Below, one piece after another: positions 21,002 to 31,452 of a stretch of 32,000 nucleotides of DNA. Position 1 is the first letter of the stretch, and the number at the start of each line of letters is the position of its first letter. The notes beneath the pieces are model-generated. The model was not told the origin of the DNA. It saw only the letters and a program-made list of their open reading frames with translations, and made no database searches. The DNA lies in the NCBI GenBank assembly GCA_049942765.1, contig CP188086.1, positions 180,001 through 212,000 of the forward strand, read 5' to 3'. The translations under genes and the position numbers were made by a program. The stretch is from Candidatus Saccharimonadota bacterium (GTDB taxonomy: Bacteria > Pseudomonadota > Gammaproteobacteria > Enterobacterales > Enterobacteriaceae).

Positions 21002-23635
21002 TTATAATGATTGTTTAATTAATGTTTTAATATCTTCTATGGAAGATGTCAGTAGTTCTAGTTTAGTACTACCACCTCCTTCAGCTAAATTGGCTTTTCC
21101 TCCTCCATTTCCACCTATTTTTTCAATAAATTTTTTTGCTATAAAATTAGCAGGTATTATATGACTTAAGTCATGTTTAATACTAATAATAAAATATATT
21201 TTTTTGTTTATAATACTAGTAATTATGATAATATATTTATGTAATTTAGATTTAATGTTATCTGCAATTTTTCTTAATTGAATTGATTTTATGTTTTGAA
21301 CTGTTCCAACAATCAAATTAATATTTTTTATTTTTATGGTGTGTTTTATTAATTTTTGTGCTGTATGTATAATTTTTTCTTCGTTTAATTCATTAATTTT
21401 GTTGATTAATACTGTTTTTTGTTCAATTAATTTTTTAATATTTTCGGTGATTGTAGATTCATTAGTATTTAAAATTGTAGTTATGTTGTGTAATATTTTT
21501 TCTTGATTATGAATGATTTGTATGGCATGTTCACCTGTAACAGCTGATATTCTTTTAATACCAGACCCTATATTAGATGCATCAATAATTTTAAATAGTC
21601 CTAGATCACCTGTTCTATTGCTGTGAGTGCCCTTGCATAGTTCTATAGAACAATTTTGTATAGTAATTATGCGAACAACATCATCGTATCGTTCATTAAA
21701 TAATGCTATAGCTCCGTTTTTTTTAGCATTAAGTAATGTATCTGTTTTTGTTATAATAGGGATGTTTTTTGTAATATTAGAATTAATAGATTTTTCTATT
21801 TCTTTTATAATAGAAGAAGTAATTTTGTTTTGACATGAAAAATCGAATCTTAATGATTGAGAGTTAATATGTGATCCGTGTTGTGTAGTATTTATTCCAA
21901 ATATATTTCTTAATGTTGCATGTAGTAAATGTGTAGCTGTGTGGTTGTTTTGAATGAGAATTCTATTTTTTCTGTTTATTTTGGCTAATACTAATTGATT
22001 GATATTAAGTGTTCCGGAATGTAATTTTCCTATATGTCCTATTGAATTTCCATATTTTTGAGTATCTTGTACATGGAAGATATTATTTTGATAAATAATT
22101 TGACCTATGTCTCCTGATTGACCTCCAGATTCTGGGAAGAATGTTGTTTGGTCAAGTATAATTATTCCTATTTTATTATGTTGGATGTTGGATGTTACTT
22201 TACCGTCTATAAAAATTTGTTTAATAATGGCATGTACTTCATGTTGATTATACCCACAAAAAGTAGATTTTATACAATAATTTTCAATATAATTGTATTC
22301 ATTTTTAAATACATGTGTTTTTCTAGCTTTTTGTTGTTGTTTTTTCATTTCATGGACAAATTCTTGATGATTTATTTGAATATTTTGTTCTTTGCAGAAA
22401 TCACTAGTTAAGTCAGCAGGGAAGCCATATGTATCGTAGAGTTTAAATACTGTTTTACCATTCAATATATGATTTTTCGTATGATTTATTTCTGATTTTA
22501 ATAATTGCAAACCTCGATTAAGAGTTCGATTAAATTGTATTTCTTCTTGTTTAAGTATGTTTTGAATTTCTATTTGTTTGTTTTTGATGGAATTTGCTTC
22601 TATATCCATAGATTTGATAAGTGCAGGAATTAATTTATAAAAAAAGAGTGTGTTCATACCATTGGTATATGCATATCTTAAAGCTCTTCGAATGATTCTA
22701 CGTAAAACATATCCACGTCCTTCATTTGAAGGTAATATGTTTTCTGAAATTAAAAATGCAGATGATCTTATATGATCAGCAATAATATGTATTGATTTTT
22801 TGTTATTAATGTTTATATTTGAATTTAATTGTGTTATTGATTTTATGATTATTTGAAATATATCTATGTCATAATTAGATTTTTTGTTTTGTAAAATTCT
22901 AGCAATTCTTTCTAACCCCATTCCTGTATCTACAGATGGTTTAGGTAGTAGTGTTAGTTTGCCATTTGACATACGATTATATTCCATAAATACAATATTC
23001 CAAATTTCTACTTGTTCATTTTGATTGTTTATTAATTTTTTTTTAGAGTTAGTTAAAAAATTTTCTGTAGTATCATAAAATATTTCTGTGGATGGACCAC
23101 ATGGACCAGTATCTCCCATTTGCCAAAAATTATCGGAATTGTAGTGTGAGTTATTCTTATCTTTTATGTATACCACTCTGTCTTTAGGTAATTTAATAAT
23201 ATTAGTCCATATATTATATGTTTCTTGGTCTTTAAAATATACCGTAACCCATAATCTAGATGGGTTTAAGTTAAACCATTTTTTTGATGTTAGTAGTTCC
23301 CAGGCATATATTATAGCTTCTTTTTTAAAATAATCTCCAAAACTAAAATTTCCTAACATTTCAAAAAATGTATGATGATGATTAGTATATCCGACGTTAT
23401 TTAAGTCATTGTGTTTACCACCTGTTCTTAAACATTTTTGAATTGTTACTACTTTAGAGTGTTTATATTTATGTTTTCCTAAAAAGATATCTTTAAATTG
23501 ATTCATACCTGCATTAGTAAACAATAATGTTGAATCGTTATGTGGTATTAAAGAATTACCAGAAATTATAGTATGCTCTTTTTCTTTAAAAAAAGATAAA
23601 AACATTTTTCGTATATTATTGCTTGTTTTTTCCAT
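21002..23635 (-). CDS. alaS: alanyl-tRNA synthetase
   Basis: 877 aa (E. coli 876 aa). Matching blocks are FFKEKEHTII.., TNAGMNQFKD.., RTGGKHNDLNNVGYTNHHHTFFEMLGNFSFGDYFK and the editing-domain HTATHLLHATLR. Confidence 0.97.
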   Translation of the reverse strand: MEKTSNNIRKMFLSFFKEKEHTIISGNSLIPHNDSTLLFTNAGMNQFKDIFLGKHKYKHSKVVTIQKCLRTGGKHNDLNNVGYTNHHHTFFEMLGNFSFGDYFKKEAIIYAWELLTSKKWFNLNPSRLWVTVYFKDQETYNIWTNIIKLPKDRVVYIKDKNNSHYNSDNFWQMGDTGPCGPSTEIFYDTTENFLTNSKKKLINNQNEQVEIWNIVFMEYNRMSNGKLTLLPKPSVDTGMGLERIARILQNKKSNYDIDIFQIIIKSITQLNSNININNKKSIHIIADHIRSSAFLISENILPSNEGRGYVLRRIIRRALRYAYTNGMNTLFFYKLIPALIKSMDIEANSIKNKQIEIQNILKQEEIQFNRTLNRGLQLLKSEINHTKNHILNGKTVFKLYDTYGFPADLTSDFCKEQNIQINHQEFVHEMKKQQQKARKTHVFKNEYNYIENYCIKSTFCGYNQHEVHAIIKQIFIDGKVTSNIQHNKIGIIILDQTTFFPESGGQSGDIGQIIYQNNIFHVQDTQKYGNSIGHIGKLHSGTLNINQLVLAKINRKNRILIQNNHTATHLLHATLRNIFGINTTQHGSHINSQSLRFDFSCQNKITSSIIKEIEKSINSNITKNIPIITKTDTLLNAKKNGAIALFNERYDDVVRIITIQNCSIELCKGTHSNRTGDLGLFKIIDASNIGSGIKRISAVTGEHAIQIIHNQEKILHNITTILNTNESTITENIKKLIEQKTVLINKINELNEEKIIHTAQKLIKHTIKIKNINLIVGTVQNIKSIQLRKIADNIKSKLHKYIIIITSIINKKIYFIISIKHDLSHIIPANFIAKKFIEKIGGNGGGKANLAEGGGSTKLELLTSSIEDIKTLIKQSL

Positions 23636-24083
23636 ATTTTTATTTTAAAAAATAGTTATCATAATGAATATATTAATACACATGAATTATGTTATATGTG
23701 ATAGTTTGTATAAATAATTATATCAGATATATAATATATATATATCAATAATCATAAAAATGATGCATTTCTAATTATGTTAAGTGATATTTAAATTTTC
23801 ATTAAATATAATTAAAAATTATAAAAAGTATGAATTGGACATATAATGTTTGTTATGTTGAAATAATTTGTTCATTCTTATTTTATAAAAGATTTATATA
23901 GTGATATGTGTTAAAAATTTTTTTATATGTTACATGTTTTTAATTTTTTTTTGTTTTAATGAAATGATTACTATTAATATTAATTGATTTTTTAGAATTA
24001 ATATTTATGGTTTATTTTTTTTTAAATTAAATGTTTTTAACTTTATTTTTAACAATATTTTTGGTATGTAACAGTTATATCTG

Positions 24084-25040
24084 ATGAAAAGAAAAATTGA
24101 ATTATTATCATATATTCCTATGTTTTTTTGTAAGAAACAGCGATTAGATAGTGTATTATCGGGGGTGTTTTCTCAGTACTCGCGTGAATTTTTAAAAAAA
24201 TGCATTGTCAACAATCAAGTTTTTGTTGATAGGAAAGTTATTAATAAACCAGCAAAAAAAGTCATTGGAGGTGAAGAAGTTATTATTTTTATTATTATAG
24301 ATGTTATAGATAGTTTTAAGCCTGAAAATATTGTTATTAATGTAATATATGAAGATCAAGATATTTTAATTATTAATAAACAGTCTGATTTAGTAGTTCA
24401 TCCTGCTCCTGGACATAATTCTGGTACATTATTAAATGCTCTAATGTTTCATTATCCGGATATAAAAAATTTACCTAGGGCAGGTATTGTACATCGTTTA
24501 GATAAAAATACTACTGGTTTAATGGTGGTGGCTAAAACTTTTGTAGCATATCGTTCACTTATTAAAGTTATAAGAAATAGAAAAATGTCTCGTGAATATG
24601 TAGCCATCGTGGTTGGTTCTATGATATCAGGAGGTAAGATTGATAAACCTATTTGTAGACATAGTGTTTATAAAAAAAAGATGATGGTAAATATTGTAGG
24701 AAAAAAATCTGTTACGTATTATAGGATTATTAAAAAATTTCAGTTTTTTACGTATATAGGAATTACGTTAGAAACAGGTCGAACACATCAAATTCGTGTA
24801 CATATGTCTAGTATTAATCACCCGATAGTAGGAGATAAATTATATATGAGTAATAATCCGTACTTTTCAAAAAGAAACAATCAAGATAGGAATAATATTA
24901 AAGATATTTTAAATTTTTATCGACCAGCTTTACATTCTACTAAATTAGGATTTAAACACCCTGTTACTAAAGAATTTATGGAGTGGATAATAGATATTCC
25001 TACAGATATGAAAGTATTATTGAATTCTTTGGAAAAATAA
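24084..25040 (+). CDS. rluD: 23S rRNA pseudouridine synthase D
   Basis: 318 aa (E. coli 326 aa). It has an S4-like N-terminus (QRLDSVLSGVFSQYSREFLKKCI) and the RluA-family catalytic block GIVHRLDKNTTGLMVVAKT plus ETGRTHQIRVHM. Confidence 0.9.
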   Translation: MKRKIELLSYIPMFFCKKQRLDSVLSGVFSQYSREFLKKCIVNNQVFVDRKVINKPAKKVIGGEEVIIFIIIDVIDSFKPENIVINVIYEDQDILIINKQSDLVVHPAPGHNSGTLLNALMFHYPDIKNLPRAGIVHRLDKNTTGLMVVAKTFVAYRSLIKVIRNRKMSREYVAIVVGSMISGGKIDKPICRHSVYKKKMMVNIVGKKSVTYYRIIKKFQFFTYIGITLETGRTHQIRVHMSSINHPIVGDKLYMSNNPYFSKRNNQDRNNIKDILNFYRPALHSTKLGFKHPVTKEFMEWIIDIPTDMKVLLNSLEK

Positions 25041-25264
25041 TGGTGTATAACATACATGTGTCATGTTAGTATAAAAAAATTTTAATTAACATACTAATAT
25101 TAATTAGTATTTGTTTATTAATATAAATATATGGTTGAATTTTAATTGTACATTACTAAATCATAGTATGTTAATGTTTTGATTGTTAATAAACATTTTT
25201 TAGTTATATATATTAATATATTTAATATGTTTATAACTAAATTAATATTTAAAATTACAATGTA

Positions 25265-25744
25265 CTATTGTTTTTCTTTAGCACTATGAAAAATATTTTT
25301 TTTATGTAATCGGTGAGAAGCTGTTTGTAATGCCCATAGGTAACCTTCTAAACCAAAACCACATATAACACCTTGAGAGATATCTGATAACCAAGATTGA
25401 TTTCTAAAGTTTTCTCTAGCATGAATATTAGAAATATGGACTTCAATAAAAGGGATTTTAACTGCTAATAACGCATCTCGTAAAGCTATACTAGTATGTG
25501 TAAAAGCTGCTGGGTTAATAATTATATAATGGAAAATATTATTAATTTTATGTATTTGATTAATTAATTCATTTTCTGAATTTGATTGAAAATCGTATAA
25601 CTGTATGTTTAATTTTTTTGCTTGTTTTTTTAATAAGTTAATTAATTCTATTAGTGTATTTTGTCCGTAAATATCTGTTTCTCTTTGACCTAATAAATTA
25701 ATATTTGGACCATTAAGTAATAAAATTTTAAATATATTATTCAT
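25265..25744 (-). CDS. aroQ: 3-dehydroquinate dehydratase, type II
   Basis: 159 aa (E. coli 150 aa). [16 protein letters not shown]...[37 protein letters not shown] is colinear with E. coli AroQ. Confidence 0.93.
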   Translation of the reverse strand: MNNIFKILLLNGPNINLLGQRETDIYGQNTLIELINLLKKQAKKLNIQLYDFQSNSENELINQIHKINNIFHYIIINPAAFTHTSIALRDALLAVKIPFIEVHISNIHARENFRNQSWLSDISQGVICGFGLEGYLWALQTASHRLHKKNIFHSAKEKQ

Positions 25745-26007
25745 AATATTTTTTTTATATAGTGCAATACAATAATTAGAGTGTATATTAATTTTTAATG
25801 TTTTATTTTTTTTAAAAGTAATTTAATTATATATAGATTTAACTAAAATTCAATATTTATATTTCATTCAGGTATTTTTTTTAAAAATAAAGATAAAAAC
25901 GTGTAATTATCCCATATAATATATAATTAATTTTGATGTATTTAAAATATTTAACAATTTTTAATGTATTGTTTGTTATTTTAATGACAACTATTATGAG
26001 TGTATAT

Positions 26008-27456
26008 ATGAAACTAAATATTGTAACTGATCATTTATTAAAAATGAATAATATTAATTATGAAGATGTCCTTGGTCTTTTAACAGATTTATCTAATAAA
26101 AAATTAGATTATGGAGATTTATATTTTCAATCTCGTTATTATGAAAGTTGGATGTTAGAAGATGGTATTATAAAACATTCTAATTATCATGTTGATCAAG
26201 GAGTAGGTGTTAGAGCGATTAGTAATCGTAGTACTAGTTTTTCTTATTCTAATAAAATTACTTTAGAAATATTAAAAAAAAATATAAATATTGTTACTAG
26301 TAGTATTAATTTAAATAGACATGCAGTGATTAATCAATTGAAATTTTGTTTCACTCCTAATTTATATACGTTGAACAATCCATTATTAACTTTTAAGAAC
26401 CAAGATAAAATAGACATTTTATATCAAATTAATAATATTGCTAGAAAAATAGATTCTAGAATTATAAAAGTAAATGCATATTTAGTTGGTATTTATGAAG
26501 AAATCTTAGTGGTATCTACTGATGGTAATTTGTCAGTTGATATTAGACCACTGGTACAGTTATCTATAAATGTAGTAGTTGAATCTAACAATAATCGTGA
26601 AAAAGGAGTTAGTAGTTGTGGTGGTCGTTATGATTATTATTTTTTTTCTCAAAAAAATTCGTTAGGAGAAGTTTGGATAGAATATTTAGCTAAAGAAGCT
26701 GTTCGTATGGCATTATTAAATTTATCAGCTATTGAAGCTCCTTCAGGAATGTATCCAGTAGTTTTAGGTAATGGATGGCCGGGGGTATTGTTGCATGAAG
26801 CAGTAGGACATGGTTTGGAAGGAGATTTTAATCGTAATAAAACTTCTATATTTAGTAATAAAATAGGTCAACAAGTAGCATCTAATTTGTGTACTGTAGT
26901 GGATGATGGATCTATTAAAAATAGAAGAGGATCATTAAATATAGATGATGAAGGTACTCCTACACAATATAATATTTTAATTAAAAATGGTATTTTAAAA
27001 AATTATTTGAACGACAAATTTAATGCTAAATTAATGGGAGTTGTATCTACAGGTAACGCTAGAAGAGAATCATATGCTTATTTACCTATTCCTAGAATGA
27101 CTAACACATATTTGTTACCGGGTATATCTTCTCCAAAGGATATTATAAATAGTGTAGATTATGGTTTATATGCTTCTAATTTTTCTGGTGGACAAGTTGA
27201 TATTACATCTGGAAATTTTGTATTTTCTACTTCTGAAGCATATATTTTAAAAAAAGGAAAAATTACTCAACCTGTTAAAAATGCTACTTTAATAGGTTCT
27301 GGTATGGAGGTAATGAATATGATTTCTATGGTTGGTAATGATTTAAATTTAGATACAGGTGTTGGAGTATGTATAAAAGACGGTCAAAGCATTCCAGTCG
27401 GTGTTGGTCAACCTACAATTAAAATTGATAAATTAACTATTGGTGGAGTTAATTAG
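26008..27456 (+). CDS. tldD: metalloprotease TldD
   Basis: The ATG at 26008 gives [11 protein letters not shown]...[17 protein letters not shown]..., 482 aa (E. coli 481 aa), with the metal-binding motif [11 protein letters not shown]. The track ORF starts 75 nt earlier (TTG 25933); that hydrophobic, low-complexity extension has no counterpart in E. coli TldD. Confidence 0.9.
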   Translation: MKLNIVTDHLLKMNNINYEDVLGLLTDLSNKKLDYGDLYFQSRYYESWMLEDGIIKHSNYHVDQGVGVRAISNRSTSFSYSNKITLEILKKNINIVTSSINLNRHAVINQLKFCFTPNLYTLNNPLLTFKNQDKIDILYQINNIARKIDSRIIKVNAYLVGIYEEILVVSTDGNLSVDIRPLVQLSINVVVESNNNREKGVSSCGGRYDYYFFSQKNSLGEVWIEYLAKEAVRMALLNLSAIEAPSGMYPVVLGNGWPGVLLHEAVGHGLEGDFNRNKTSIFSNKIGQQVASNLCTVVDDGSIKNRRGSLNIDDEGTPTQYNILIKNGILKNYLNDKFNAKLMGVVSTGNARRESYAYLPIPRMTNTYLLPGISSPKDIINSVDYGLYASNFSGGQVDITSGNFVFSTSEAYILKKGKITQPVKNATLIGSGMEVMNMISMVGNDLNLDTGVGVCIKDGQSIPVGVGQPTIKIDKLTIGGVN

Positions 27457-27550
27457 AGATGATATACTAATTATTTTAGTAGTATTTTTATTTTACTTGT
27501 AATATTAAAGACTATTTAAATATTGTTATTTTATAGGACAATTTTAATAT

Positions 27551-27576
27551 GCAGTCTAGCAGTTCATGCTGACTGC
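27551..27576. terminator. G/C-containing hairpin between convergent tldD and rplS (possible bidirectional terminator)
   Basis: gcagtc-t-agca (27551-27561), loop gttca, tgct-gactgc (27567-27576). This makes 10 bp with one bulged T and stands out as a G/C-rich island in AT-rich spacer. It sits 11 nt beyond the rplS stop and 95 nt beyond the tldD stop. The tails are AU-rich, with no clean U-tract. Confidence 0.5.
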
Positions 27577-27587
27577 ACGGAAATATA

Positions 27588-27941
27588 TTATTTAATATTG
27601 ATTTTTTCTTTAATACGTGCTGATTTACCACTTTTATATCTAAGGTAGTATAATTTTGATTTTCTAACATCTCCTTGTCGTTTTATAGTAATTGAGTCAA
27701 TGATAGGGGAATAAGTTTGGAAAACTCTTTCGATTCCTTCTCCATTGGAAATTTTTCTAATAGAAAAAGATGAATTTAAATTACGATTTTTAACAGAAAA
27801 AACAGTACCTTCAAATGCTTGTAAACGTTTTTTATTACCTTCAATTACCCATACTTGTACTTTAACAGTATCTCCAGATCTAAATTTTGGAATTGTTTTA
27901 GTCATTTGTTCTTGTTCTAATGTTTGTATTATTTTATTCAT
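27588..27941 (-). CDS. rplS: 50S ribosomal protein L19
   Basis: 117 aa. [45 protein letters not shown]... is colinear with E. coli L19 (115 aa). Confidence 0.95.
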   Translation of the reverse strand: MNKIIQTLEQEQMTKTIPKFRSGDTVKVQVWVIEGNKKRLQAFEGTVFSVKNRNLNSSFSIRKISNGEGIERVFQTYSPIIDSITIKRQGDVRKSKLYYLRYKSGKSARIKEKINIK

Positions 27942-27992
27942 AATTGTTAAGTTTCCTAAAAATGATTATTAATATATATATAATCTATATTT

Positions 27993-28775
27993 CTAATTTT
28001 TTTTATTTATATATTTTTGAAGAAAAATGATTTCTTGTAGTGTTAAATTTGATTTTTTTAATAGATGAGGTTTTTTTATCCAAGTGTTAGTTAGAGCAAG
28101 TTGTTCTCTCCATTGTTTTATTTTTTCGTGATTACCTGATAGTAAAATATTAGGTACTGTTTTATCTTCTACAAGATAGGGTCTAGTATATTGAGGATAG
28201 TCTAATCTATTTTTATAAAAAGAATCTGTTAAATAAGATTCAGTTTTTTTTATTACTCCTGGTTTAATTCTTGTGATAGCATCAATAAATACCATAGCTG
28301 CTAATTCTCCACCACTTATAATATAATCTCCAATAGAATATTCTTCATCTACTGCAATATCTAATATTCTTTCGTCTATTCCTTTATAACGACCACATAT
28401 TAAAATTATTTTAGAATATTTAGATAATGAAAAGAATATTTTTTGTGTTAGTTTTTTCCCTTGTGGTGATAAATAAATTGTTTTTATTTTTTGATTATCG
28501 TGATTAGACTTAGCAAGTTTAATAGCTTTCAATAATGGAGGAGCTTTCATTATCATACCTACTCCTCCACCATATGGTTTTGCATCGATTGAACAACGTT
28601 GATTGTCAGTATAGTGTCTAGGGTTCCAAAAATTTATTATTATCTTTTTTTTTCTAATAGCTCTAGAAATAATTCCATATTGAATTATTGTTTGGAACAT
28701 TTCTGGAAAAATACTGATGATATCAATATATGTTAAAATTGATTTATTTTTGTTATTTATATTTACATCGGCCAT
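27993..28775 (-). CDS. trmD: tRNA (guanine37-N1)-methyltransferase
   Basis: 260 aa (E. coli 255 aa). Matching blocks are IISIFPEMF, DAKPYGGGVGMIM, LICGRYKGIDERI and SIGDYIISGGELAAM. The ATG at 28775 overlaps the rimM 3' end by 13 nt. The 13 N-terminal residues have no E. coli counterpart, so the start is less certain. Confidence 0.92.
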   Translation of the reverse strand: MADVNINNKNKSILTYIDIISIFPEMFQTIIQYGIISRAIRKKKIIINFWNPRHYTDNQRCSIDAKPYGGGVGMIMKAPPLLKAIKLAKSNHDNQKIKTIYLSPQGKKLTQKIFFSLSKYSKIILICGRYKGIDERILDIAVDEEYSIGDYIISGGELAAMVFIDAITRIKPGVIKKTESYLTDSFYKNRLDYPQYTRPYLVEDKTVPNILLSGNHEKIKQWREQLALTNTWIKKPHLLKKSNLTLQEIIFLQKYINKKN

Positions 28776-29272
28776 TCTACTGTAATCACTTTAGCATCTA
28801 AATTAATTTTTTTAATAACATGATTCATGATAAACGGAATTAATATTTCTTTTTTGTTTCTTGATTTTTTGTTCTCAACGAACAAAATATCATTTGCTCC
28901 TGTATTTATAATTTTTGTTACTAAACCCAATTTTTGGTAAGTGTGGTACACTTCGCAATTTATAATATCTTTCCAATAATATTCATAAGGTAATAAATTT
29001 GGTAATTGCTTTTCTTTAATTAGAATAGTTGAATTATTTAATAATTTGGCTTGATTTCTAGTATTAATTGAAATAAATTTTACTAAAAGTTTATTTTGTT
29101 TTTTTTTTCCAATAATAGAGTTTATAGAATGTAATTGATTATTGTTAGCAATAAACCATGGTGTATAATTAAATATATCTATATCAATGTTTGTGAACGA
29201 TTGGACATGCATCCAACCTAATATGCTGTAGGGATTTAATATTTTTCCTATTTTTATAAAGTTATTTGTCAT
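28763..29272 (-). CDS. rimM: 16S rRNA processing protein RimM
   Basis: 169 aa (E. coli 182 aa). IGKILNPYSILGWMHVQSFT...YTPWFI...EYYWKDIINCEV...GANDILFV is colinear with RimM. It sits in the rpsP-rimM-trmD-rplS operon. Confidence 0.88.
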   Translation of the reverse strand: MTNNFIKIGKILNPYSILGWMHVQSFTNIDIDIFNYTPWFIANNNQLHSINSIIGKKKQNKLLVKFISINTRNQAKLLNNSTILIKEKQLPNLLPYEYYWKDIINCEVYHTYQKLGLVTKIINTGANDILFVENKKSRNKKEILIPFIMNHVIKKINLDAKVITVEWPM

Positions 29273-29275
29273 AGT

Positions 29276-29524
29276 TTAAATTAATTTTTTATTTTTTTTG
29301 ATTAAAAATTTAACTTTTTTAGATAATTGAGCGCCATTGTTGTTCCAATATTCCATTCTATCTATATTAATGGACATACTATGAGATTTTCCTGTTGCAA
29401 TAGGATTAAAAAAACCTATTTTTTCGATAAATTTTCCATTTCTACTAGATCTACTATCAGCAATTATTATTTTATAGAAAGGTTTTTTTTTCGAACCATA
29501 TCGTGACAAACGTATTTTTACCAT
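29276..29524 (-). CDS. rpsP: 30S ribosomal protein S16
   Basis: 82 aa (E. coli 82 aa). MVKIRLSRYGSKKKPFYKIIIADSRSSRNGKFIEKIGFFNP matches [41 protein letters not shown]. Confidence 0.95.
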   Translation of the reverse strand: MVKIRLSRYGSKKKPFYKIIIADSRSSRNGKFIEKIGFFNPIATGKSHSMSINIDRMEYWNNNGAQLSKKVKFLIKKNKKLI

Positions 29525-29635
29525 ATATATACCTTAAAATTAAATGGATGAAATTATATGCATTATACTAGATTTTTTTTGATATGTATTTTAAATTATG
29601 AATAACTATAATAAGAAATTATATTATGATTTTTT

Positions 29636-30985
29636 TTATAAAAACAAATTATGTTTTATTTTGTTTAATATATTATTTATTCCTTGATTTTTTATTTTTA
29701 TAATCATTCTTTTTGCTTCTTCGAATTTTTTTAACAAAGTATTTATATCATTAATATTTGTAGATGATCCTATAGCAATTCGTTTTTTTCTTGATCCTTT
29801 GATTATTTCAGGGTATTGTCTTTCTTTTGGTGTCATAGAATTTATTATAGCTTCTATTTTAATTAATGTTTTTTCATTAAAGCATGAATAAAAGTTTTGT
29901 ATAAGATTTTTATTTTTTGGTATTTTAGTTAGTATATTGACTACATTGTCCATATTTTTTATTTGTTTTATTTGTGTTAAAAAATCGTTTAAATTAAATG
30001 CATGACCTTTATTAATTTTTTTAGTAATTTGATCTAGTTCTTTTTGATCAACTTGTTTTTCTATATTTGTGATAATAGATAATATATCTTCCATGCCTAA
30101 AATTTTTGATGCAATTTGTTCTGGTTTAAATGATTGTAAATCGTTTATTTTTTCTCCAGTTCCTATAAATTTAATTGGAATATTAGTTAAATAGCGAATA
30201 GATAATGCAACTCCTCCTCTAGAATCTCCATCTGTTTTTGTTAAAATGACACCTGAAATAGGGATTGTATTATTAAAATTATTAATAATATTAATTGAAT
30301 CTTGTCCTATCATAGAATCTATAACGAATAGTGTTTCGATTGGTTGTGTTAGATTATAGATATTTTTTATTTCATTCATCATAAAAGTATTATTGTGAAG
30401 TCGACCTGCTGTATCAATGATTAATATATCATATATTTTAATTTTAGATTGTTGTAATGCAAGAGTAGTTATTTCAATTGGGTTAGATATATTATTATCT
30501 GGAAAAAAAAAGTCGATGTCGATTTCTTTGGATAAAATTTGTAATTGTTTAATAGCAGCTAATCGGTATACATCTATTGATGTTATTAATATTTTTTTTT
30601 TGTGCTGTTTTTTTATAAAATTACCTAATTTTGCTACAGTGGTTGTTTTTCCTGAACCTTGTAATCCTACTATTAATATTATAGCTGGAGGAGTAGTGGA
30701 TAAATTAACGGTATTGTTTTTTGCTCCCATAGTTATAACAAGTTCTTTTTTTATAATTTTTAAAAATTCTTGTCCAGGAGTTAGGCAGTGATTTACTTGA
30801 TCACCAATACATTTGTTTTTAATAGATTTAATAAAATTTTTAATAACTAATAATGAAACATCAGCTTCTAATAATGCTTTTCTTATTTCTCTTAATGTGT
30901 TTTTGATATTTTTTTCTGTAATTCTTCCTTGATTGGATATGTTTTTGATGGTTTTTGAGAGTCTTTCAGTTAGATTAGTAAACAT
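29636..30985 (-). CDS. ffh: signal recognition particle protein Ffh
   Basis: 449 aa (E. coli 453 aa). MFTNLTERLSKTIKNISNQGRITEKNIKNTLREIRKALLEADVSL matches E. coli. GTPase motifs GLQGSGKTTT, DTAGR and TKTDGD are present. Confidence 0.95.
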   Translation of the reverse strand: MFTNLTERLSKTIKNISNQGRITEKNIKNTLREIRKALLEADVSLLVIKNFIKSIKNKCIGDQVNHCLTPGQEFLKIIKKELVITMGAKNNTVNLSTTPPAIILIVGLQGSGKTTTVAKLGNFIKKQHKKKILITSIDVYRLAAIKQLQILSKEIDIDFFFPDNNISNPIEITTLALQQSKIKIYDILIIDTAGRLHNNTFMMNEIKNIYNLTQPIETLFVIDSMIGQDSINIINNFNNTIPISGVILTKTDGDSRGGVALSIRYLTNIPIKFIGTGEKINDLQSFKPEQIASKILGMEDILSIITNIEKQVDQKELDQITKKINKGHAFNLNDFLTQIKQIKNMDNVVNILTKIPKNKNLIQNFYSCFNEKTLIKIEAIINSMTPKERQYPEIIKGSRKKRIAIGSSTNINDINTLLKKFEEAKRMIIKIKNQGINNILNKIKHNLFL

Positions 30986-31452
30986 GTTGTTATCCTTTAA
31001 TAAATATTAAATATTTATATATTTATGCGATAAATTTTTATTTCATAAATAATTTTATACTTATTTCAATAATTTTTTTTGAATATAGAATATATTTTTT
31101 TTAATTTAGTTTATTAGCATGGTATGAACATATTTTCATGATTAACTGTTATTAAATTATATATAATTAATTATTTTTTGATAATTTGAATATTTATTAT
31201 TAGAATTGTATATTTACATATATTAAAAATTATGTATTAATTTATATGTTTAATCTTGATTAATGTGTAAATATTTTATTTTAATATAAAATTAGTTTTT
31301 AACTATCTATCTTTATTTATTGGTTTTATTGGTAAGTTCATGTAATAGATTAGTTATGGATAATTGTTATTTATGATACTATTTAATTCAATATTACTAT
31401 AATATGGTTTTTTTTATATTATAAGTATTATTTAATGTTCAATTAAATTTTA

